Both the position numbers and the translations under genes were made by a program. DNA of 64,000 nt, taken from the NCBI GenBank assembly GCA_047967505.1, contig CM106538.1. One strand, given 5' to 3'. Positions 27,601 through 40,900 of this stretch are shown here, piece after piece (the stretch's first letter is position 1; each line of letters opens with the position of its first letter). The notes beneath the pieces are model-generated. The model did not search any database, was not told where the DNA came from, and saw nothing but the letters and a program-made list of their open reading frames with translations. This stretch comes from Dipteris shenzhenensis. Lineage: Eukaryota.

Positions 27601-29889
27601 AGTGACAAAACCTTAGTAGTCACTAACCATAGTTAGTGAACTAATTGCGGTTAGGGGGAAAAACCTCTTAAAGAGGGAAAAGTGCCCTTAACTAGCTTAT
27701 TAAATTACATTGGTCACTGCTGAATTATATCTATAATTCTAACATCAGTGGATAAGGTGGACAAGTGGCATGATGAGTTGCCACATGAGAGTGATCGTCT
27801 ACATGGACTCTTGCCTAGATATTGAGGCACTCTTCTTATGGACTGGTATATCTCACTTTCTCTTATCTAGCCCATGGTTACATTTACTTTTCAGCCTCCA
27901 TAGCATTCCATCTTCAACATGTGGTATCAGAGCTATGGAATTTGCTTCAGCAGCTCTACCTCCTCTATCATGAAACCTCACGTAGCTTCTTTAGCCTGAA
28001 GTAGTAGCTTCTCACATAACTTCTCCAGTCTGAATATGTTGGCTATCTCACCTCCTTGTGCTGCTCATCACTTCAGGCAACCTACTGTAGCTAGTTTCTA
28101 CAGTTGCAATAGCACATTGTTACTTATCTGACTAATGTGTCAGAGCTGATTGCGTTTGATTATCTGTGGCACATAATGCACGATTGGTAAGGGTTTTTTC
28201 TCTGCATATTGACCTCATTTGGCTTCCGGACTTGCCGATAAACTTGAAGGCCAGTAGGGGAAACTACATTCCACTTCAAATAGAGGAGTGGAAGAAGTGC
28301 CACAGTCAAGAATGGAGAAGGTTTTGCATGAAGCGTACCAACAAGGATCTAAAACATTGCTCAGACCACCGGTGGCCTCTGTTGCTGTCACGATAGCAGT
28401 AGAATACAAGTGCGCATGAGTTCTTGAACTTTGAGGCAGAGATGATCCAGAGCTTTAGTAGTCCTGCACGTGTCAATCTTTTGCATTTTTATCCGAGTCA
28501 CAGGTGGGTGAAATCGAAACGATAGTACTTGACTCAGGCTACGGAGTTGCTTTGTTCAATTCATGCTATTTTGCTTTCACTGCGAGAAATGTGCCGACTC
28601 TATCTGTGACTGTCCCAGACATGGTTTTCAACTACTGTTCAGGCCGCCTATAGTGTTTCTCACATTGCCATTTCTTTGAGTTCCATCATTATTGTTTATT
28701 CAAAGGTTTTATTCATAGGGATGGATTTGATCTGGAGCCTGTGCGCCATTGTTTGGGAGTATTTGTTGAGCTGCCTGCAGAGGATACTGAGCCATTTGCA
28801 CTTGTAAAAGTCTACATTACTCATGTAGCTGAAACATTGCTGTGCATAGCTTGTATTTGCAGCAGTAGCTGAGAAAGTGCCGCCTCACTTCTACAAGCTA
28901 TCACCTTGCTCTTGCAGCCCCTACAGCACATCATTTTCAAATATGAGTTGGTGCATTATTTGTACAAGCTTTTATGATGCTTCAATAGTCTTCATTGCCT
29001 CAAACTGGTGTATTGCTTCAACAGACAGTCGTGTGCAGCTCTAAAGACATGCTTGTACTGTTTGAAGCGACCATTTGCTACTGCTATGTGTCACCCATGT
29101 CTCAACAAGTTATCAAATGCTAATGTTCAAGGCATGTGGGATTTGTGGCAAGAACAACCATAAAAAGCAGGATTACTTTTCAAAGAAAGATACAGTCAAT
29201 GTGGTTGTGGAAGAGGAACTTTTCAAGAAGGAAGCAAATTTTATTGAGGATGATTGGGCTTTCTAAAGCCAATAATTGTTTTTTCGAGTGTTGATTTTGT
29301 GTGATTATGTTATGTGTGGGGTACTCTGCCCACCAGGAAAACCCCAAAATGAAAGGAATAAATGTTCGTTAGTGTGTGTTATGGTTGGGTGCCCTGCCCA
29401 GATATACAATCCAAAAATGGATGTTATACTTGAATCCCATGACGTATCACCATGATGTATCACCATCCAATGAGCACTTATTCTAAAGTCCAGAATGTAA
29501 TAGCTCATTATTGGCACCATATGATGTAGCCAGGGGAGCCAAAACCCAATCAATATTTTCCTACATCCTTGTCACACCATAGCTTATGACCTGATAGGGG
29601 ACTAAGGGAAGGGGGGGGGAATCCATCAATGAAGGTTATGACCGGCCTAGCATCAAGGGGGGTTATTGAGATAGGTGTTGTATAAGCATATGAAGTGTGA
29701 GATGCAGAGAGAGAGAACACGAGTGGAAAAGATGGACAATGGCCTAATGAGATGGACAAGTGGACAAGTGGAATGAGGAGTTGCGACATGAGAGTGAGGC
29801 ACTTTCTAATGAAATTGAATATCTCACTTTCTCTTATTTAGCCATGGTTAGGTTTACATTTGCGCCTCCATAGCATGCGGTCTTAAACA
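21675..29889 (+). mobile_element. Small non-autonomous LTR element (about 2.2 kb once the nested Copia is removed); its 5' LTR is split by that Copia
   Basis: TSD GATAC (21670-21674 and 29890-29894). 5' LTR = 21675-21752 plus 27750-27919, then PBS TGGTATCAGAGC 27922-27933. Knuckle remnant CGICGKNNH near 29135. PPT AAGGGGGG 29655-29662. 3' LTR 29664-29889. Confidence 0.8.
21753..27744 (-). mobile_element. Full-length degenerate Ty1/Copia element
   Basis: 266-bp LTRs at 21753-22018 and 27479-27744 (about 7 differences by eye). PBS reverse complement 27465-27476; PPT reverse complement next to 22019. TSD TAAGT / TCAGT (4 of 5). gag-pol fragments 22054-26308 with knuckle CHYCKKPGQHIAEC, WYFDSGASKH, IHSDVCGPM, LYVDDLL. 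Confidence 0.93.
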
Positions 29890-30978
29890 GATACTTCTGA
29901 ATCCTAAAGGGAACTCCCTTCACAATGGAAGTGTTCTCTCCTTTGTGGCCTCTAAAATCTCCTGAAAAAGTGAATTCTGTTATGGGTTAGGGCTTGGCAA
30001 GCAGATCTTGACGACAGCATCATCCCTGAGTCTTTCTGTACATACTGTCCAGGCTCTCCTCATGGAAATAGTTGTACATGCATTCTTCTTTATGAAAGCC
30101 TTAGGCTTGTTCTTCAGCACATTAGCCCTCTTTTGTCGAGTCTGTGTCTTTGATCTGGTCTTTTCTCGAGTCCTACTGGGTGTCTTTTATTTTGTTCTAC
30201 AGGTGTTGGCTAACTATAACCAAGTTTTAGCATGGTCCTCGCTCGACTCCACATGTCCTCAAGCCTAGGAGTCTTGAAGGCCTGCTAATGCTTTGAGAAG
30301 CCATAAAATAGTCTTCTAGGGAATCTTGATTGTGTAAAATGTTGTATGTCCTCCTGCGGAGTCACGCATGCAGGGGCCTTTGGTAATGAGGGTCTCAAGC
30401 AATGCTTTTATTTTAGTGGGGATCTTCACCTCCAGAGTGCTGACAGAAACTCAGTACGAAGACTTTGTATAAACGGATGCTCAAGTATGCGTGGGTGTGT
30501 GGACTTGTATGTGTGAGAGCATATTTTTATACTATGGTCTACACCCACTGTTGGGCGCTGATGACGTCAGCGGGGATGTTATAGTAGCTAGTCCCTGCTA
30601 TGCGTGATGGAGTTTATGGTTTTCAATCTTATGAGTGACTATCGTGAGATTGAAACTGCACTATGTTGTGTTCATAGAGGATGAGTTTGGGAATTTTCCC
30701 TGTATTCATCTAGGTATATACATGAAGTAATTTGATTGCTTTCTGAGATTGTGCAAGACTTTGCCATTGCAAACTTAAGACTTGGTGCTTTTCGCTTAGC
30801 TGATTTTATTAAAAAAAAGATAAATCTTGTTTGACTTTCCACATTTATGTTATCTTACGTTTCTGACATATATTTTGTGGTTGTGATTGGCTGAATTTAA
30901 AGGAAACTAAATCTTGTTTGACTTCACATTCATGTCATCTTAGGTTTCTAACATATCTTTTGTGGTTGTGATTTTCAG

Positions 30979-31380
30979 CCACTTCTCACCATTGATGTGT
31001 GGGAGGTAATGGAGGTGTTCTTTAAAATATTTTTGTTTTCTCTTTATCTTCTGTGTCTTCATGTATATCAAACATTCCTACTACTCTGTTCTCTTATTGG
31101 CACACTTCTAAGGTTACTGACTAAGGGATTCGTTTTATGCAGCATGCCTATTATCTTGATTATCAGGTGGGTCTGTTTCTTTGTTTCTTTCATCATTCTG
31201 TGGTCTGAACTGCCTATATGAATGAGATCAATTACAATGTAAGGTTTGTTGCAGAATCGGCGTCCTGACTACATCAGGACCTTCATGGATGAGCTTGTAT
31301 CCTGGGAGATGGTTGCTGGAAGGCTCAAGAGGGCCAAAGCCTTTTTGAATTTCTATGAGCCTGTTATTCCAGAAACTTAG
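30979..31380 (+). CDS. FSD: Fe-superoxide dismutase, last three coding exons (30979-31005, 31143-31166, 31255-31380)
   Basis: AG/GT-bounded phase-0 exons splice to [58 protein letters not shown]. This contains the Fe/Mn-SOD signature DxWEHAYY and a plant plastid FeSOD-like C-terminus. Confidence 0.9.
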
Positions 31381-33099
31381 AACCTGCGGAGGCTATGCAA
31401 AAAGTTATGAGAGCTTTAAGTATTGTACATGTGTTATCCATGGCGATTCTTGTGTTCATAAATTTACCAGAAATTCGAAGTTCAGGACTCAATGTCATTG
31501 AAGACAATGACAATTCAATTTTGTTGCCATTAGGTCTTTGGAAAATCGTGGCCACGCCTTTCTCTGAAGGCCTTCTCCCCATTGAGTGCTTGTGTCATGC
31601 CAGCCAAAACTGCCCTGGTGGGTCCTGATGCAAGCAAACATAAAAGATTTTTAAATTTATGCACAAGGTGTAGTTAGGTATGGAAAGCGTTGCTAATGCA
31701 ACAGCTACAGCGCGTTCAAAACGTTTTTAGAGGTATCTACTGATGACTTTCATCAATTTTATAATGAGTAAGGCTTCAGCTGTGTATTGTTTGAAATCGT
31801 TTAGGCTATAAATAATTTAAGGTTTACCTATTTCAATTTATGTATTGCAGTTATAATATATTTCAAGTAAATCCCAATAAAGCTCTGCAGATTAGAACAA
31901 CAAAGGCCTGACAAACATTAATGCTCAGAGTCACAAAAAAATCAAAAAGGGGGTTTAGGAGCTATTAATAAGGCAATTGGAAAGAGTAATTTTCTTAGAG
32001 TGATAATCAACGCTCATCAATCTGCATGACTTTTTTTTTTCCTTGTCAACTCCGAGATTGTGTTAAAGTAGGTGATGACACCCTAGGCATACCACAGTAC
32101 ACACATTTGACTTTCCAAAGATTGTTCAATTCTGACACGTCTGGAGTGTCACTTTCACCATGTGCAGATGCATATTAGACTGGAGGACATCCATTTATCG
32201 AGTCTAAAGATTGAATAGTCGTTGGCTCTAGCAATTGGCAAATCATGTGTAAATCTACAGAAGAGACGAATCGCCGTAGCATATGCACGAAATATTTTCT
32301 TGAATCTCTGCGAAACACATCTTTTGTCAAGAGTTTTTGTCCTTTTTTTTTCCCCAAAGAAAAGGACCATCTATTAGACAGCCTTGAAAAAGTCAATAGA
32401 GATCAGCAATTCATGGGACACTTCACCAATTAAAGAAGCTCATTATACTGTAGAGTTTTGGTGGGAATTTGTATGCGAAGAGGGATGATAAGAAATATGT
32501 GTATCTTAGGGAATTGTGGCCGGGATTCAATGAACACATATTGAGTGTTAGAGCATGCTAGCAACCATTGAAAGAAGTGGGGCACTTGGGCTTGCTTCTA
32601 GGGGAGGCCGTGGTGAGATGTTGGACTCCTTGCTCCTAGATTGGAATTTTAAAAAGGTGAATAGTATTCAATGGGCTTGCCCAAAGTGAAAGAGAGAGAG
32701 AAATGGAAGAGGAGAGAGAGGAATATTTAAAAACAATCGGAATGAATGCGCGTCCAGAAAAACAAACCCAATTTTGAAAGAGATGCTGTAAAGTCAACAC
32801 ACTAGCCAATCACAAAAATGCAAATGAAAAAGAAATTAAAAAAATTTAAAGAGATGATCTAAGCTCAACACACCAACGAATCATGGAATTTGAACAAAAA
32901 AAAGTCTATGGAGGCAAAAAAATCTTGTTCTTTTTTTAGCATAAAGTGTACGTTTTGTTTATGCTAGTGTGTAGTTTGTTCCATTAGTTATACCACTAAA
33001 GTTACCACCTTTACTATCATTTAAGCCCATGGCACTAAGTTGGGATTTTCTTTTCCATAGTGTGCATAATGTGAATCTTTTCCAAAAGATCAAGACGTG

Positions 33100-33210
33100 C
33101 CTCATGTAAACAACAAGCTTAATGGTGCTGGGAACCATCTAGTATGGAGCTCCAACATGAACATATTTTTGATTGGAAAGGTTTGGGAAGATAGTTGAAG
33201 GCATGAATGC
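33100..33210 (+). pseudogene. Copia gag N-terminal remnant
   Basis: KLNGAGNHLVWSSNMNIFLIGKVW resembles the KL.G.NY..W...M..L start of Copia gag. Confidence 0.4.
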
Positions 33211-35042
33211 AAGGTCCTCATTAATGCCAAGAAAATTGAGGATAGGGATATAAAAGATGGATTAGACAATGTCAGATTAACCCTTATTGATTACATAATG
33301 AGTATGAAGTATTTACCTTAAGCTTGCAAGCTACTTTTTGGAAATTTCCCTTAGCCTTTTCTACAACCACAAGCTACAAAGGGATGTCAAATTGCCATTA
33401 GTATCCCTCCATGTTGTGCATCACCTACTCTTTCTAGTAGAGCACCCCAATCATCTCTTCCATCATAGGCACAAATATGGCTATTATGTAAGACTAGAAA
33501 TCCAGTTTTGTTAGAAAGATGCCGAGGAGTTTACCATATTGGCAATGAGGGTTTTATCCTTGATTCTCTCATCAAGCATCACAAGATGCTTTGTAATTGC
33601 TTGAACCATGGGAAATAAGTTTTTCTCATCCTCACTGAGTGGAGCTAACTCTTCAAGTGCAACACTGCCTGTGTTGCAAACTTGAAGGTTTCCTTCAATA
33701 AAGTAAAATTGGATGTGGTAATGCTAGGAGATCTAGTAGGTGTGTGCAAGCAAAAAGGAAAAACAACATGGATTTGTAGTTGACCTCCAATAATCTAATG
33801 ATGTATTGAGCATATTGTGCTTATGGATGAGCAACTAACCACCTATAATTAGGCTTAAGCTCTAGTTGCATGTATACCAGATGATGGTCATGCTGATTTA
33901 TAGCCATAGGCAGTGGCTCATGCATTTGGTGATGAGGTAGCTTTGATTTCATGTGGATGTGTGTAGTCAATCCTGTATAAACCACAGAAATTGATGCCGT
34001 AGATGGTGATAAGTTGCCCATAGTTAAAGAACCAAAAAGAATTATAAAAATGTGCTTCTTTTGATCGTGTCCTTTATGCCTTTTTTGGAGGCGGAGTATA
34101 TTTCTTAGGAGTAGCTTGAGAGTGAAAATTTGCACATTGCTGCATATGGGATTTGCCTACTCTCAAAAAGCAAAACCTAGTAGATACTATCTATTGCTAG
34201 TAAGTGCATGATTGATCAAAGGGATTGGTTTCAATCATTAAGTCATTCCAATTTTGATACAAGAGACCTAAGTGACTAGAATAAGCTTTGGTATAAAGCC
34301 TTCATTAGTAGCTCTATAACGAGCCTTGGTATCACAACAGATACACTGTCGTAGCAGTGGGCTATGGGAGCTAGGAAATCACAAAAAAAAATTCTCACAG
34401 TTTGGAATTTGCTATAGAGTCCAAAGCTACTATCCAGTGCACATATCATAGTTTTGTGGGACTCAAAGATGTCAAAATCAAAGGGCCTAATCTCTAAGAA
34501 CTTCAAACTTGCAATTGCATCAAACCAAAGTTCATAGGTAGAAAAAATTCCTATGACTTCTAATAAACATCTTTCTAATCCTTCTCTTGTCCTTGCAGAA
34601 TTATTCATCGGATGTCACACTCCAAATCCAAAACTCTCAACAGCTCACCTATGATTATTGCTCCCACCTCCCAAATAATACATTTAAATTATCATGGCTT
34701 TTGGCCTTTTGACTCCTTTCATTTCTCTTTTGAGCAATATTATTTTATTACACTTACCTTGTTATATAAAACTCTTCTAACCTAGATTATTGTCATAACT
34801 ATCCACTTCCTTTACTTGCCTAATATTACTATAACCACAACTTACCCATTTATCTTTTAAACCAATTTGCTTCCATATTGTTTACCTACCTCACTCAAGT
34901 ACTTCTCTTCCATTCCTTTTCCATTACTTTAAATTGCACTTCTCAATACTTCTTATTCTCTTCGGGTAGACAGTAGGTCTTCACACTAGGTGATGACCTA
35001 CTATCTCATCTAGTGTGTTGTATCCTACTAGGGCAAAGGTGG

Positions 35043-35044
<2 letters not shown>

Positions 35045-35080
<36 letters not shown>
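35045..35080. repeat. (AC)n microsatellite (further CA tracts near 35786-35830 and 37778-37797)
   Basis: Direct reading of the sequence. Confidence 0.9.
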
Positions 35081-35082
<2 letters not shown>

Positions 35083-38000
35083 ACTATCCCTTTTTCCTTT
35101 TGATCGTACTAATTACTTTTCTCCCCTTTATAATCCTTCGAAAACCTGTTTAGATTATCTTCCCCCCTGCTCTTTCTCTCTCTCTCTCTCCCTCTCTCAT
35201 TGTTCCCTCAGTCTTTCTCTCTACTTTAAAACTCAAGTTGCTTGGTTATTCAATAACTATATCTTCTAGCATCACTATTCCTCGCCCGCATTTCTTCCAT
35301 GAACCCCTCCCCTTCCACACTCTTCTCATTTACCCCCCTTCTATAATGGTTCAATATTCCTTTCTCTATAACCTCTAAACCCAGTTTTCTTCCCAAACAT
35401 TCTTGTATTTACATTAAGCTTAATAAAAAGTATATGGCTAAGTGTTAATTTTTACTGTGACTCCGATAACAAGGGAGGGGTGTTTATGACACCTGTCTTC
35501 CCAACTAAAGTTAAAACTGGTTCTTACTGTTTTGCTTGTTGGATGGTGGCAGGTAGGCAGACTCCCCTCTTCAATAAAAGTGATGCTTGCCAGGACATAT
35601 CCAAGCTCAACTTCTATACAGTTTCTACAAAGTCATTTCTACTAAATGACCCACTACTGGTTTTCTTTATAAACAAGGATTCATTTACTTGTACAAACTT
35701 TTTAGTTAATGCAATTAGTCCTATTCCATCGTCTAGCTTCGCCCTTTTGTCTTTTCATTGTGCAAAGGGGTGTTGTCAAGTCTTCCACACACGCACACAC
35801 ACACACACACACTCACACACACACACACACATCTATCCAACTTGTACTACCTCACATACACACAAACACACATATGCACACACACGTTTCTTTACGCCTC
35901 GGAAGTTTTCATTGGTGTGACATAGGAAATCATTACAAACACATAATGTACCTCTTGATTTCTTTATTGACCGTCTCTAATATTCTTGTTGGAATTATAC
36001 ACATGTGCCAGTCCTACTTGTTATAATGTCCTCTGATAATTCCTAAATCTATTCCTCATGAAAATTTAAATATTTCTTTTCGTGATTGGGGATTAAACCC
36101 AAAACACATGTAAATTCTCCCCCTAGCCTGACCCCCCGACCCCCACCCTCCCCCCTCTCCCTCCCTTCTTTTTCTCTGATTATGGTTCTACAATACCGCA
36201 AGATACCCCCGTGGATTTATGAATGGAACCTTTGTGGTTCTATGGTTTCTATTACGCATTGGTTTGAACTGAAGATTTGTGTGGGTAGACTAGAGAGTGG
36301 TATGGAGGTCCTCATTGGCTTATGATGCGAGGCATGTGGTGGTCCTTAATGTGAAGGAGGTGCTGTGTACTTTAAAAGTGCTCCTACTCCGTGTAGTGGG
36401 ACACATTGTAACCTTTACTCTTCTTTGTGTCTTGCACATCCACTCCTCCACGCCCTTTTATTTTCATCGACCATGGCCTCTCCTCAGGTAGATGTGCCTC
36501 TGCTAGTGCTTCTTTTTTTCTATGCTTTTCACGTTGGATAACATTCCCCTTACACATCGTTGGCTTCTCTTTTCATACATGATCTACGTAGTAGTTCGTT
36601 GTAGCTTGTTCTTGCTATACTACTGCGATGTCGTGTGTCTTGGCCTTCCCATGAGTCCCTTGCTCTCATGCTAGCGTATCCCCTATCATTGCACTTGACT
36701 AACAGTGAATTCACGAATGGATACCCGTAGGCTGGTGCTCATCATAGTTTACTTGTGTCTTGTTGCCATTTTCCACTCGCTCTAGCTACATTATCACACA
36801 ACTTGCGTAGCCCAAGTTGAACATGATTGCATGCAAGTATACGCGGTGCTTGGAGCTCGTCTCTTGCACATTCCTCTTGGCATGACATGTGAGGATTGCG
36901 GCCTTATGTCCATTTTATGATGCATCCCTCACTGGCTGGCCCACGCTATGCCTCCTTGTTTCTCATAACTTGTAGTTGCCAGCACCCTCTTCCTCTCTAC
37001 GCGCTTGATCTCTTCTGAAGACTGGTTCTTAACCGCTCGGTCCCTAGAGGTATGCGTCCCGTACTTACTCCATGGCACTGGTTGCATGTCGCCCTCGTCT
37101 GTCGTGCATCTTTATCTCTACAGTCTTGTCGTGAGTGTTCTCCACCAGCTATACCTTTGATAGTGAGACTTTAGCCCGAGGTTGCTACATAGTCCTTACT
37201 TAGGCTTCTTTCTACCTAAAGGCAAGCACATCCTTTGCCAATAATGTGTTCCATGCTTTGATACAATCTACTAGGCAGTTATAGGTTTGGATGGGTTTCT
37301 TACTGTTGTGCATGAAAAGAAACCCCTCCCTTTCTTTTGCCTCTCCCAGAAATTGTCCTTTCTAATGATATTTTGTGCCTCCTACATGGAAGGCTAGGCA
37401 ATTCAGTTTTGGCCCCTATTAATTCATCTTATTTGGAAGGCGAGTACTTCTGCTTTAAACATTTCATGATGCCTCCATTGCCTTTTTTACAATTTAACAT
37501 CCAACCATGAAACTTGATAGGTCTCTCTTTCCTAGGTAAAGCTATAACAAGCCGGGGTGTGCATGCCCTGTCTACCCTTTTAAAACTTTGTTGTTCTAAC
37601 AACTGGTTTTCTCTGGACCCCGACCGTGGAGTATTGTACACCTGAAAGATTCAACTTTGATTTCTTGATGTACTTGCAACATTTACGTACTATTGGAATA
37701 TAATACAATGTTCACTTGTTATAATCTTTAAGAGCTTCGAGTGCCATGTTCTTGGGGTATTTTTGTCTACACGCGTGCACACACACACACACACACATTT
37801 ACACTTTGGGTTGGGGGTTCAGCAGTCTTGTTCTACATACACACACATCCCACACACACACATTTGTACATTATCCCCTTTGCACCTACCCCCCTTGATA
37901 TGGAACCACCCCCAAAATGTTGGACCCTTTCGTTTGAGCTTGTTTTAATAAAAATTCCCCCCTCTTTAGGAATATTTTTGCATGATTAATAAGCTTGGCA

Positions 38001-39984
38001 TGGCTTTCTTTCTAAAATTCCCCCCAATGTTTCATTCTCGTACTACATTAACATATATATTGAACCCGTTATCCCTTTTAATGGCTCTTAATTGTTTACA
38101 AAAATTATTTCTTTTACTATACTATCCCCCCTTCCCTCCCCTCTACACACACACTCCCCACATTTCCACTCTTACAAACTCCCCCTTTTTTTCCTCTCTT
38201 AGCCTACTTAACCCCAGCAACCCATAAACTCGTCATCGTTAAAAAAATTATTAGCCAATCTCTTAGTTAGTTGAATGTTTTTTTATTTCCCTAAGAGAGT
38301 ACATTTGTTTGCTTTAACTATTGTTACATTTGCTAGTCATTTAGAACCCCCCAAAAAATCAAGTTTTCAAAGCATTTGCTTACTTGAAACCTTTACTTAC
38401 ATCTACTACACATATCAATCTTTCTAGCCCATTCCTGCCTAGCACAATCTTAGAGGTCCTTTGCTTCTCGTCGCCACCCAATGTTTGCCATGGCCTTTCT
38501 TAGCGAAACCTCTAATTCCAAGAGAATTCTGACATCGTCCTCCTTCCTCTCCATCCCATTATCCACAACTATGAAGGCTGGTATTGTATCCTCCAAGAGT
38601 CATCCAAATTTTCACTCGCTTATGACATATTTGACTTTACATATACCTGCTAACCTACCTGCATGGCCATGCAGTCCTCCTACCATGGCTGAAATTCTTC
38701 AATGGCTACAGACACAAGGCAAGAATGAAGCTATGAGAACTAGAGTACCTTCTAAGCCATCTTCTGAGACTTAATATCCTCCTACTAGCATTATCAAACT
38801 CTATAATAAAGTGTTGGAGGCCATGGAGACCATGCAACATAACTGTTTCAACACTTTTGAAACCAAGCATGTCACCTACCCCACATATCTCTTCGACAAG
38901 GATGCAGATACAACCCTTGCTATTTTTCAATCTATGGAGTGACCCCGACCCTCCATGTCTGCACAACCCTCCTTCAAGATCCCCATGACACCTGAGTCAC
39001 CACCAAACTACACATTTTGAGTCTTCTACTCCAAGCTACTCCTTGTGGAAGCAATGCAAGCACGTATAGTCCAAGAGTGTCATACAAATTACTCTCGGAG
39101 TTGTTGCAATCTGAATCCTCATGAGAAGATAAGAGGGGGGAGAGGGGAGATGGAGGGGGAAGAAGAGGGGAAGGGAGTGGGGAGCAAGAATCAAGAAGGG
39201 GGAAGGGGTATGAGAGGCATTCACAAAGTCAAGGGAAAGGAGAACATAACAACACTCTTGAAAGAAGAGGGAGCTTGTATTCCTCAAACTTGCATACATC
39301 AACTGAAGACCTAAATTTAACTTTTTGCCTTTTATACAAATCACCTTTTGAAGGGAGGTCCAACCCTTTTCAACCTTCCACTCCTTTTACTCTCTCTCTT
39401 TTACAATTTGCTTGGCCTATCCGGCTCCTAGGCATGATGTTACTCCTTTTCTCTTGTCTTGGGCTTCTTGTTGTTCTACTTTTGTTTTTTCTTTCCCTCG
39501 TTTTATAAATGGCACTTGTGCTATCGAATTATGACCGAACGGGGTAATCATGGCATTATGTCATGTTATATCTTCTCATTATAGTAGGCCTGAGATCACG
39601 AGTATTGATCCTAAGCAAGTACAAAAAATGGCACTTCTGTTCTCCTGACTTGGCAGTTAGACCTGGGCAACTATTTCAAAACTACATGTTTGGTTTAAGA
39701 GAACCTTGCCCTTATGCTTGATACTTGATGGAAAATATGGTATAATTCATCCTTGAACCTAGAAAGCTGTCTCAAAACTACATGAAGATGCATGTTTGGT
39801 TTAAGAGAACCTAGAAAATGGCACCTTTGTTAACCGATGTGACTCTGTAGCTTGGAAAGGAAAGACCTCCAACACATCCTTCCCCCCATATGGAGGGAAA
39901 TCCATCATTTCTTTGAAATCATCATCCCACACTAACTCTTGTAAGAACTGGTCCAAGCTCCTTTCCAAATCAATCAAGGGATTA

Positions 39985-40144
39985 TGTTGAGAATGGTGTG
40001 TGTAAATTGCACCATAAGGGTTATGGGACAAACCCTAACCCTAAGGGGTCCATGTATATATTCCTATTTTCCTTGGAATACAGTTAGTGTAGAGTTAGTA
40101 TCTTGTGTGCACTCCTCTCTCTCCCTCTCTCATTTTCGTTAACA
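39985..40144 (+). repeat. Short (160-bp) Copia LTR, same family as 54063-54228 but in the opposite orientation
   Basis: TGTTGAGAATGGTGTG...CGTTAACA aligns to the reverse complement of 54063-54228. Confidence 0.85.
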
Positions 40145-40495
40145 TGATGAGGACACATGGTGGTTTGAATCTAATGCATTCAACACCTTCAAAGACTTAA
40201 AAGCCTTGGTAGAAAAGCAGACCGGAAAGTACCTAAAGATTCTCCATTGTGACAATGGAGGTGAATACAAGTCCACAGAGTTCAATGCCTTTTGCAAACA
40301 GCATGACATCACACGTCAGTTCACATGCAGGTATACCCCTCAACGAAATGGGGTTGGTGAATAAATGAATAGGGTGATTGCAGAGTCATCTAGGTGCATG
40401 CTTAATGAGAAGAATGTTCCAAGACAATATTGGGTTGAGGCATGTGACACAGCTGTGCACTTGATGAACAGGAGTCCCACTGCTTCATTGCAAGA
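40145..40495 (+). pseudogene. Copia protease/integrase remnant
   Basis: DTWWFES, then LVEKQTGKYLKILHCDNGGEY...YTPQRNGV...AVHLMNRSPT. Confidence 0.8.
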
Positions 40496-40900
40496 TTTTT
40501 GGTCCTTGGACTAAGTCTTCTTCCCTTCTATCTTGAACAATTCTCTTGCTGAAGTTTAAAAGAGAAAGAGACAATAACATTTTGATAATAAAACAAAAAG
40601 TTGCCCTCAAACCTCCATATTTGAAACAATTTAGAAGGTGCATAACAAGGATAGGTCATATAATTAAAGTTTGAACTTGATAATTGACTTGAAAATTTGA
40701 TAAAAGTCTATCAAAACAAAACACATTTGCATTGGGATTCCAAAAAAAAATCAAATTATAGTAAAGGATTTGCACTACATGGTGATGGAAAAGGACCCTA
40801 CATCATTTTTATAAAGACTTATACCTGTTGTATTTCTTGTATTGTATTGTTATTGTGCTAGTTTTAGATTTAAAAATAGATGCTTGCTAATAAAAGTGAC

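Noticed and set aside
26821-27623. Several overlapping 100-220-aa ORFs
   Set aside because: Artefacts of the stop-poor GTACG repeat and LTR sequence.
30556-30592. CGCTGA...TCAGCG hairpin plus CTAG as a Helitron end explaining the FeSOD fragment
   Set aside because: The stem is only 6 bp and lies upstream of the exons, so it would not enclose them; it is equally a simple TGACGTCA motif.
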